Shown here piece after piece: positions 1-8,720 of a DNA stretch of 11,822 nt. The DNA is from Octopus sinensis (Eukaryota). The notes beneath the pieces are model-generated. The model did not search any database. It saw only the letters and a program-made list of their open reading frames with translations, and was not told where the DNA came from. The DNA lies in assembly GCF_006345805.1 (NCBI RefSeq), contig NW_021826715.1, forward strand, positions 1 to 11,822, in the 5' to 3' direction. The stretch's first letter is position 1, and every line of letters begins with the position of its first letter. Both the position numbers and the translations under genes were made by a program.

Positions 1-75
1 CTGTTTGTCTGTCTGTCTGTCTGTTTGTCTATCTTTCTATCTATCAATATATATGTGTGTGTGTGTGTGTGATTG

Positions 76-110
<35 letters not shown>

Positions 111-201
111 GGATATATAGGCACACACACACATACATAAATATATAAGGCAATGCCACAGCATGACCGCAGTCTAATGACTGAAACATGTAAAAGATTG
201 A

Positions 202-234
<33 letters not shown>
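1..234. repeat. Compound microsatellite block: (TCTG/TCTA)n, (TG)n, (CA)n, (TA)n
   Basis: Seen directly: TCTG/TCTA repeats at 1-48, TG at 55-110, CA at 122-136, TA at 206-234. Confidence 0.95.
146..197 (+). mobile_element. Family-A SINE 3' tail fragment (5'-truncated)
   Basis: taaggcaatgccacagcatgaccgcagtctaatgactgaaacatgtaaaaga matches the tail at 1019-1072 and the reverse complement of 753-805. Confidence 0.75.
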
Positions 235-236
<2 letters not shown>

Positions 237-522
237 GGAGTAAATGCACTATCGATCAGATTCCCGAGAGAGGGCGACACTGAACGAACGCTATGTTTTC
301 ACACCTCTTAACCATAAGAGAGATTCTATCTCCATAGTAGCAGTTGAATTATGCGACAAACATATTTCAACTAACCTAAATTGTGAATATATATGTTTGG
401 TTATTTATTTATTTATTTATTTATTTATTTGTATACACAATCACATCCAGACTTTCAGCTATAGTACCAGTCTACCTATCGATTGATAAATCGATATACT
501 CATAACTAAAACATTTAACTAC

Positions 523-630
523 TACGTGAATTCAAATTCCACGTTTCTATTTACTTCGATCGTTTGATCCTAAACCGAATACCAGTAATATCAATCAGCT
601 ATAATCAAGTATATACCCCTCTTTACAAAT
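523..630 (+). mobile_element. Very degenerate family-B SINE fragment
   Basis: gaattcaaattcc (B-box-like), taccagt, ataatcaa and tacccctc occur in the same order as gagttcaaattcc, taccagt, gtaatcga and accccttaccctc in the B copies at 9002-9163. Confidence 0.4.
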
Positions 631-752
631 ACATCTTCATGTTGTGAACACTCTAAACTAAAAATCTATTTTAAGCTTTAAAAAGTGATGTAAATCGCAA
701 AGCTAACACAGTAGGATACGGTATTGACTTATAAAAAAGGTTTATTCCTTCG

Positions 753-1005
753 TTCTTTTACTTGTTTCAGTCGTTTGTCTGCGGCCATACTAGAACACCG
801 CCTTAAAGTTTTTTTTTAGTCGAAGAAATTGACCCGAGGACTTATTTTTTGTAAGCAAGCCTAGTAGTTATTCTATTGGTCTGTCTTGCCGAACCGCTAA
901 GTTACATAGTAGATGACACTTGCCCAAGGTACCACGCCATGAGACTGAACCCGGAACCATGCGACTAGGGACCAAGCTTCTAACCACACAGTCACGCCAG
1001 CCCCT
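753..1005 (-). mobile_element. Family-A tRNA-derived SINE, internally deleted (head fused directly to 3' tail at 905/906)
   Basis: The minus strand reads aggggctggcgtgactgtgtggttagaagc...ggttccgggttcagtc (A/B-box-like head), then accttgggcaagtgtc (CORE-like box), then jumps to gtaacttagcggttcggc...ctgaaacaagtaaaaga (tail). The head matches 3439-3595 and 10121-10287; the tail matches 11720-11822. Confidence 0.9.
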
Positions 1006-1012
1006 AATATAC

Positions 1013-1080
1013 TTCGACTAAAGGTGGTGCGACAGCATGGCCGCAGTGAAGTGACTGAGAAAAGTAAAAGAATAAAAGAA
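1013..1080 (+). mobile_element. Family-A SINE 3' tail fragment
   Basis: ttcgactaaaggtggtgcgacagcatggccgcagtgaagtgactgagaaaagtaaaagaataaaagaa; 41/54 columns identical (hand alignment) to the reverse complement of 753-805. Confidence 0.85.
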
Positions 1081-1594
1081 TATATATAGATAGATAGATA
1101 AATAGATTCGTAGATTGAATAGATTTTATGGGTGAGCGTACGTGTATTTTGTGAGTGTGTGTGTGTGTGTGTATGCATTGTATGTGAGACTGCGCACATG
1201 TGTATGTGTGTGTGTGTATGTCCGTAGTTTTATTACGAATCATTGTGAGTTGCTCGCCGAGTAGTATTAGTTGTATGATAGCACGTGCAACAAGGAGGAT
1301 CTTTTCTGATAACATTTCGTTGAGATATTTTCGTTAATAGATATATAAATGGCGTCAAATGCCATTATTTGTTTTCAAGTGATTTATTTGTATGGAGTGC
1401 TTATGTGCACTTCTATGTGTGTTTATGGTCTGTGTATGCTTATATATATATCAATACACACACACACAAACGCACACACATACATGCAGTAATCCCTCGC
1501 CATATCGCGGTTCACCCATCGCGGTTAATTATTTAAGCCTAAATCGATTCCTCCGTGGTGTTGTTTTGCATTTATGATACAATATATATATATA

Positions 1595-1975
1595 CTAGCA
1601 GTATCGCCCGGCGTTGCTCAGGTTTATAAGGGAAATAACTATATAGGCATTTTTAGAGTTATAGCCAAAAAATGCATTAAAAATGGAAAAAAAATTATGG
1701 TAAATTTTTTTTAAAATCGTTGACTCATCGTAGACATTTTTAGAGAGTTACTTCCCTTATATAATCGAAAAAATGCATTGAAATGGAAAAAAATTATGGT
1801 AATTTTTTTTTAAATCGTAGACTCTCGTAACGCGCGCTAATACCCAGAAGGGCTCGATATGAATCACGACTATAAGATACCCGGTTTAGTTAAACCTGCA
1901 CCGCAAAATGTGGGAGTAGTTAGTAATCTAAATCGTAGGGACAGACACCACCAACTTCACTTTTATATATAAAGA
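1595..1975 (-). mobile_element. Non-autonomous Helitron (381 bp)
   Basis: The minus strand starts 5'-TCTTTATATATAAAAG (1975) and ends CTAG-3' (1595). A GC-rich imperfect hairpin (cccg-gcgttgct-cagg, 1607-1622) lies 8 nt before the CTAG. It is inserted between A and T (a1594|t1976) with no TSD. All of these are established Helitron hallmarks. Confidence 0.85.
1648..1829. repeat. Two tandem ~87-95-bp units inside the Helitron
   Basis: catttttagag...aaaaaatgcatt(a/g)aaatggaaaaaaattatggtaa...ttttaaatcgt(t/a)gactc occurs at 1648-1734 and 1735-1829. Confidence 0.9.
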
Positions 1976-2090
1976 TATATATTATATATATACAAATAAT
2001 AAAAATGATTTAAAATATATATACAGTACAGTACTGTTTCTACTTCGCGGATTTTCCCTATTCGCGATAGTCGAAGGATGTTAATATATG

Positions 2091-2091
<1 letters not shown>

Positions 2092-2129
<38 letters not shown>

Positions 2130-2517
2130 TATGTGTGTGTTTGTGTATACATCGATATTAACAGTGGAAAGCGAATTAGATAAAGCTATAAAAAAGAACA
2201 TGTAAATATCACGTAAGCACACGCTCTCTCACTCTCACTCTCTCTCTTTCTCTTTCTCTCTCTCTCTCCTCTCTTTCACAGACACACAGATAGACACTCA
2301 CACACACACACACACATTTACGCACACATTGAGAGAGAGAGAGAGGCAGACAGACAGAGAAACATGATTAGAACTAAACACGCATACATACATGCCTATA
2401 AATGTGTGTGTGTATATATATATATATGTATATATTTGTACGTATGTGTATATTGATATATGTACACATATATGCACATATATTTATCTACACACACACA
2501 CACACACACACACGCAC
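2092..2517. repeat. Microsatellite tracts (TG)n, (CT)n, (CA)n, (GA)n, (TA)n with short unique spacers
   Basis: Seen directly at 2092-2147, 2224-2360 and 2402-2517. Confidence 0.95.
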
Positions 2518-2832
2518 ATTCGTATATATGAGTAAGTAAGCGTATGTTAATTGGTACGTATAACTAACTAGATTTTGGGTACATCCATACATGAAAAGCA
2601 AAAAGAGGCTAGACGTTGTTAGTGTGTACTGAGAAAGCTAAAAACATCGCGATCTTTGTAAGAGATAGTAGAGTTTTTACTGCCTCTAGAGTTCAGCTGT
2701 TCAACGATGTCTTGTAGAAAGATTCCGCAGACATCTGTCATTTTAGTTGAGATATATGGTGGGGACAGACATGGAAACGGGAAGAAACCAGCTTATCCAT
2801 GTCTAATCGCAGTTTATATGCATACGTATGTA

Positions 2833-2866
<34 letters not shown>

Positions 2867-3438
2867 CATGCATACATACACACACACACACACACGCACA
2901 CACGCATATATATATATGTGGGTATATATATATGTGTGTGTGTGTGTGTGTATGTGTGTGTGTACCTCTCACTCTCTCTCTCTCTCTCGTCTCTCCTCTC
3001 CTCTCTATATATATATATTATTAATAATATATATATATGTATATATATATATATAATTACAATGTGTGTTGCAGGAAAAGAAGGATAGAGAGCGATAAAT
3101 CGAGATTAAACGGAAGACGCAAAATGGAGGAATAGAACTCTCGTATATTTGTGCATGTGTGAATGCGTGCGTGTGTGTGTGTGTGTGCGTGTGTGTGTAT
3201 ATATATATATACACACACCAAAAGTAAAAAAAAACGGGTTATGTATATATGTATATAATATATATATGTATTATATATATACACACACATGCATATACAT
3301 ACATACACACGCACACATACACACACACATATATATATATATATGTGTGTGTGTGTGTATTTTTTTATATATATGTATGTATGTATGTATATATTAATAT
3401 ATATATATATATATATACACATACATATATATATATAT
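2833..3438. repeat. Compound microsatellites (CT)-(CA)-(TA)-(TG)-(CT)-(TA) and (TG)-(TA)-(CA) blocks
   Basis: Seen directly at 2833-3057 and about 3163-3438, separated by ~100 bp of unique sequence. Confidence 0.95.
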
Positions 3439-3595
3439 ACGACGGCCTTCTTTCAGTTTCCGTCTACTACATCCAATCGCAAGGCTTTGGTTAGCCCGGT
3501 GCCATAATAGAAGACACTTGCCCAAAGTGCCACGCAGTGGGACTGAACTCAAAATCTTGTAGTTGAGCAGTAAGCTTCTTACCACACAGCCACGC
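3439..3595 (-). mobile_element. Family-A SINE, 5' half (head to gccgtcgt) followed by an expanded microsatellite
   Basis: Colinear with 10121-10287: acgacggccttctttcagtttccgtctac...gacacttgcccaaagtgccacgcagtgggactgaac...accacacagccac. Confidence 0.9.
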
Positions 3596-3672
3596 GATGG
3601 ATTACTGCGGATTTCCTACCTCTTTCCAAATTAACTTAACAACTATTTCTCGGCCCGGCTTCATCGCTGAAC

Positions 3673-3735
3673 ACACTGGCCCAAGCTACTCTGCGATGGG
3701 ACCGAACCTGAAACTACGTAGATGGAAAGTAAACT
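3673..3735 (-). mobile_element. Old degenerate family-A SINE fragment
   Basis: acactggcccaagctactctgcgatgggaccgaacctgaaactacgtagatggaaagtaaact aligns to acacttgcccaaagtgccacgcagtgggactgaactcaaaatcttgtagttgagcagtaagct (3517-3577). Confidence 0.65.
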
Positions 3736-4332
3736 ATGTGGTGGTGCCATCAGTAAACTTGAAATTTCATTCTATCAACATTTTTAATTTCTAGCACGTG
3801 ACATCAGACGCATCGACACGTTATGCGCTGCGTGGCAGTGAATGAGTAATATATACCGGCAACTGTCAGTTTCATCATTTGTTTCTTCAGATCGATTGAA
3901 GGAGAATCATAGAACGAAACTGCAAGGTTGCCAGGATATTTAGTTCTTTCTAATTCCCGGAATAAATATCTCCCTGCACCGAGTTATGAATGTTCTTGTA
4001 TCATCACTACGCCAGCTGAATCCCCGAGCCCTACTCCAGTTCTTCGGCGTGGGGGAGATGTCACGGTTATCTAACAAGACCGGTATCTCATTGTTTTCTA
4101 CTTATTACTTGACTTCAATACAAATTGCCAACAATAAGAAATGACAGCATAACTCTGTGTTAGTGAGAGACCATTATTCATCAATTCACCAGAGAATAAA
4201 AAGAAGAAATATATAAATGAAATGGAACAAAAAAAAAACAAGAAAATGTTTATGAACTCGTGTGAGTCATTCGGTGAATACATATTTATCATTATCACGA
4301 TTACTCTTGTTTATATCATATCAGTAAGACTA

Positions 4333-4580
4333 ACAAAAACAATAATAACAACAACAACAACAACAAAAGCAACTACAATAGTAATAATAACAACAACTAC
4401 AATAACAAGACCAACATCAATGGAAATAAAAGATGCAAAAAAAAAATGAAGAAAAAAAAGGGGAAGAGAGTGAAATAATATGTGAAGAAAGGAAGGAAAA
4501 AATGAAAGAGAATGAAGATAGACCTTCAGATTTGTGGCCCCATGTTGTGAATGATAAAGAAAGAAGAAGAAAGAAAAGAA
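4333..4580. repeat. (AAC/AAT)n trinucleotide tract followed by purine-rich (GAA-like) low complexity
   Basis: Seen directly. Confidence 0.85.
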
Positions 4581-4729
4581 GAACGTCGATCATTTTACAA
4601 GATGTCATTCTTTCCGATGAGAATATATTTACCGAAACAGAGACACATGAGAAATATTAAAGCAGAAATAAGTGAATATTTGTGTTTATGGGTGCATTCA
4701 TACACGTGTATAGCTGTCTCTCGAGCACA

Positions 4730-4789
4730 CTATCTCTTTCTCTCTCTCACTCTTCCCCCCCTCTCTCTCTGTCCATATATATATATACA

Positions 4790-4829
<40 letters not shown>

Positions 4830-5083
4830 GAGAGAGAGAGAGAGAACTATCTACCTCCCTCTTTCTCTCTCAGTTCTCTTCACTTCACGCTAACTCTCCC
4901 TCTCCTATCTCCCTCCTCTCCTCCTACAGCGCTACTCACCGTCTCTCTTTCTTCTTTCTTTCTACACACACACATGTCCACATGCATAACTGAATATGTA
5001 TGTGTATATGCGCATGTATACATAGTATATATACATATATGTAATATATATATATATATATGTTATATATATGTATATATATG

Positions 5084-5114
<31 letters not shown>

Positions 5115-5320
5115 CATACATATATGTATATATATATTATGTATATTATATATATGTATGTATATATGTATATATATATATGTAATATGTAATATATATA
5201 TATATATGTGTGTGTGTGTGGGTGTGTGAGTTTATGTATCTATATGTAATATATATATGTGGGCACACATACATGTATACCTACATATATGTAATATATA
5301 CTTTGTATGCATATGCATAC

Positions 5321-5351
<31 letters not shown>

Positions 5352-5445
5352 CATATATTATATATACATATATATATATTAATATATATATATATATATA
5401 ATATATATATATATATAACACACACAGAAAGAGAGAGAGAGAGAT
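4730..5445. repeat. Large compound SSR: (CT), (TA), (GA), CT-rich, then a ~450-bp degenerate (TA/TG/CA) tract
   Basis: Seen directly. Confidence 0.95.
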
Positions 5446-5980
5446 CTTCTATTGAACGTGTTAATAAAATAACAATTGTTTTAGTTTATTTATTCACTTC
5501 AACTTTTTCACATTTTTATATGAATTCTTCTACATTTCTTTGAAACGTTTCCACATTTCACGGTCTCACCTTCAGGACGAAGCAGTTGGTGTTGATGACT
5601 GCACTTTTTTACAGCCGACTGTGCAATAGGATTTAACGGTGGTGTTGACATAGAATAAATCTACGATCGAATACATTAAAGCCATATGAATAACAGCAAC
5701 GTTCAATTCGAAAACAAACATACAAACAGCGCACGCCCTAATCAAAATCAAAAATAAAAGAAAATTTCCTACGTTTTCAAATAAAACATGAACATACATA
5801 CATTGAAATTGCGATTGTAATGTCGACATAAAAACAAATCTTTCTGTACCAGAATAAAAGTATAATAAAAGAACATATATCTATGTACCCATATGTATTG
5901 AAATGTCTTAACTGAAGAAGGTTTACGTAATCTTATATATTAGACAAACCTGAAACGGGCGTATTAAAGGATTTCAATAT

Positions 5981-6033
5981 ATCACTACATACATGCATAC
6001 ATAGATACATACATGCAAGCATACATACATACA

Positions 6034-6064
<31 letters not shown>

Positions 6065-6081
6065 CATACATACACACATAC
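5981..6081. repeat. (CATA)n tetranucleotide tract
   Basis: Seen directly. Confidence 0.95.
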
Positions 6082-6379
6082 AAAATACCCTGTTATTGAT
6101 GTTTAAATTCCAATGAAGCAGCCTTGAATCTAGTTTAAAATCTGGCTTTTTCTCAATTGGCAAGGAATCTTGAAATAAACGGAACAATGACATACATACA
6201 CATCATTTAATTTACACAATTGCGAAAATGCTACCAATTTCGCAAATAAAAGAATGAACCAGCAATATCAAATTGAATAAATTTAGACTCTTACTCGCTA
6301 TCTAACACTTCCATGCTGTTACTCAATAATGGGAGAAATATCGTATATTTTACTGTAAGAAAAATCTTTTAGAGTTTTC

Positions 6380-6785
6380 TGGAAAAGAAAAGTAAGAGCA
6401 ATTGAGAGATGTTACAGGCTGTTACTATATCTCGTACAAGGAACATGTGACGAATAACGAAGTGAGGATGGGAATAACCCAGGTTATTGGATGACACAAT
6501 GATCTGCTGACGATTGTAAAGACAAAGAAACTGAAAGGGTATGGCCATGTGATAAGGAGCTCCGACCCAGCAGAGACAATCCTGCGGGCCACAGTCGAAG
6601 GTTGACGAAAGCAAAGCAGCCAAAGAAAAGATGAATTTGTAACATCAAAGACTGGACGGGCCTAATTTCGCCGATTCACAGAGAGTAGCGGAAGACCGAG
6701 AGAAGTGGGGAAATCTGATGCGACTTTATCAGGGAATCCCCATCCCCTGATAACCACACGGTGAAGGGATAGGATAGGACAGATA
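6380..6785 (+). mobile_element. Decayed 3' end of an RTE-clade (BovB-like) LINE
   Basis: Hand translation across frameshifts: ERCYRLL / ISYKEHVTNNEVRMGITQVIG*HNDLLTIVKTKKLKGYGHVIRSSDPAETILRATVEG*RKQSSQRK / NIKDWTGL / FADSQRVAEDREKWGNLMR. This matches the conserved RTE ORF C-terminus (recalled pattern RCYRxLL..ISYKDHxTNEEV..DLLxxVKxRKLxWYGHVxR..KTILQGTVxGxRxRGRQRKRWxDNIKEWTGL..EDRExW). It ends in a GGATA-type tail (6767-6785). Stops at 6492 and 6603 and at least three frameshifts show it is dead. Confidence 0.92.
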
Positions 6786-7260
6786 AAATTTCCCTGCCAA
6801 CTTTTCCCTGCTGTAGGTTTTCTACGGTTAATGAAGTTGCATTTCACTTAATCGTAACGTTTAATTTGTTATCCTTAAACGTAACATATGGTTGTGAGAG
6901 GAATATGTACTCTACATCATCTCTCTAAGTTGCATAGTGGCAATTAATTTCCAGATTGTTTGGGAGACTTTTGTATCCTAGTTCCAGAATTTTATGAACT
7001 ACTAATACTAACAGCTTATGTTATATATCTATATATGTTCTTGAATAACATGCAAAGATTCTTTGTGTTAACGAAGGAAACGTGTATCACCTCGGAATTA
7101 TGTAAAGATGTCAAATTCTTTTTCAAAGAACTCTGGAATTTGTTGTACACTTTGTGGAATATGACACATTTTTATGGGGTTAAAAAATCGTTTTAAATTA
7201 TTCTGCGCTTTAGTTTTGCGTCCTCGCGTTTCCCTTGTATCTTCAAACTGCGGCATTTAT

Positions 7261-7453
7261 AGATAGAAAGATACATACATAGATAAAAACACGCGTACAT
7301 ATACCTACCTATATGTACACGTATATATGTATATATCATATATACATAGTTTCATATTAAAATATGTCCGGATATAGACATATATATACATACATATACA
7401 TACGTACATACATACACATAGATAGATTGATAGATTGATAGATAGATAGATAG

Positions 7454-7485
<32 letters not shown>

Positions 7486-7779
7486 GATAGATAGACAGAC
7501 AGATAGACAGACATACAGACAGATGGATAGATAGACAGACAGATATATAGATATATGTATATGTAAAATTATATTTGTGCATATATATATATATTTATAT
7601 ATACCTGTATATGTACATATAAATCTATATACATATATATGTATGTGTGTGTGTGTGTGTGTATATATATATACATATAAGCATTCAGTTATATAACTAT
7701 ATTTTGATATGCGTATATGTGCGTGTGTTTGACTATCTCATTGTGTGCGTGTGTGTGTGTGCGTGTGTGTGTGTGTGTG

Positions 7780-7817
<38 letters not shown>

Positions 7818-7985
7818 TGTGATTGCGGAGAATGTACGTCACATGCGCTGCTCTTGAAATAAAATAGGAAACTAACATGTGATCAATGTCTCACAGACAC
7901 CAACATCCACACACACGTAAACACACACACACACACACACACGCACACACGCATACACAAACACACGCACGCACGCACACATACA
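7261..7985. repeat. Compound SSRs: (CATA/TA), (GATA/GACA)n at 7418-7545, (TA), (TG)n at 7645-7820, (CA)n at 7907-7985
   Basis: Seen directly. Confidence 0.95.
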
Positions 7986-8555
7986 CAAAAAACTCCCCTC
8001 CCCCACAGACACAATACAAAAAACAGCAGAACACGCGTAAAACAAAAGTGCGCAGACGCGATCTGTTGAGGGCCCTGCCTAATCTAACAGCTGTAAAAAT
8101 CTAACAACATATGTTTATCAACAGAAGAATTAAAACCTCTATTTCTATGCATAGGTCTGTCTCTATCTCCTGATTCCTACACCACTCACCTTTTCTTCTT
8201 CTTCGAAAAAAAATCCTCTCTTTTGTCAGACATTCACAGATTCTAATGACGGCATCGCTTTTGCCCTAAAGCGCCATCTACTAGAGATGGTGTTTGGGTG
8301 AGATCCGGGTTGATCATGACTAGATTGTGGATGGTTCCTGGCAGATATGCTTCTTGTCAAAAACAACTGATATGGTTAGCAGATCTTGCAGATATCCATC
8401 CCTGTTTATCGCCCAAAGGTAACCATCCAGCTTTGATTTAAACCACATCTCCCTCAAGAAATACACATTTTTATCAGAACTTTACTCTCTCTCACATTCT
8501 CTCTCTCTCTACCCTCTGCTCCTTCTTATTCTCCACCCCACCCACCTTGCTGCTC

Positions 8556-8680
8556 ATTATAGTTATGATTGTTATTGCTGTTGCTGTTCTTGTTGTCGTT
8601 GTTGTTGTTGCTGATGTTGGGGAGGTGGTTATAGTTTTACTGTTCATCTTAGTGTTGACGGCGTTGTTGGTGATGTTGGC
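8556..8680. repeat. Degenerate (GTT)n trinucleotide tract
   Basis: Seen directly; it accounts for the hydrophobic ORF 8547-8783. Confidence 0.85.
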
Positions 8681-8720
8681 GTCAATCGGAATAAATTACC
8701 TTGCGTTATTCGTTCCAACT

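Larger units (their letters stand above)
1487..2079. mobile_element. Probable pogo/Tigger-like (Tc1/mariner) non-autonomous element, about 210 bp once the nested Helitron is removed
   Basis: The left end CAGTAATCCCTCGCCATATCGCGG resembles the CAGT-starting TIRs of pogo/Tigger elements. The right end cgcgatagtcgaaggat (2063-2079) matches its reverse complement at 15/18. Sub-terminal TCGCG(G) repeats occur at both ends. The terminal bases of the right TIR and the TA TSDs are decayed. Confidence 0.55.

Noticed and set aside
753-1080. Twin-priming 5' inversion as the origin of the opposed family-A pieces
   Set aside because: Both pieces contain the same 3' tail, whereas twin priming yields non-overlapping segments with a single tail.
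1327-1348. Small palindrome atggc-gtcaaat-gccat
   Set aside because: A 5-7-bp stem is expected by chance in 12 kb, and no associated element ends were found.
2690-2825. Possible exon (ctctAG acceptor, GTATGT donor)
   Set aside because: The pyrimidine tract is weak, the donor lies at the edge of a CATA/TATG microsatellite where GTATGT is common, and the peptide is unrecognisable.
4433-4660. Charged 75-aa ORF (MQKKNEEKKGEESE...) with an NLS-like RRRKKRR
   Set aside because: Purine-rich GAA low complexity explains the composition. There is no recognisable family and no convincing splice sites.
6369-6847. Minus-strand ORFs 6369-6623 and 6662-6847
   Set aside because: They are antisense shadows of the plus-strand RTE fossil.
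6960-7256. Plus ORF 6960-7196 and a 52-aa minus ORF 7098-7256 (MPQFEDTRETRGRK...)
   Set aside because: No recognisable motif in either. ORFs this short are expected by chance, and they overlap on opposite strands.
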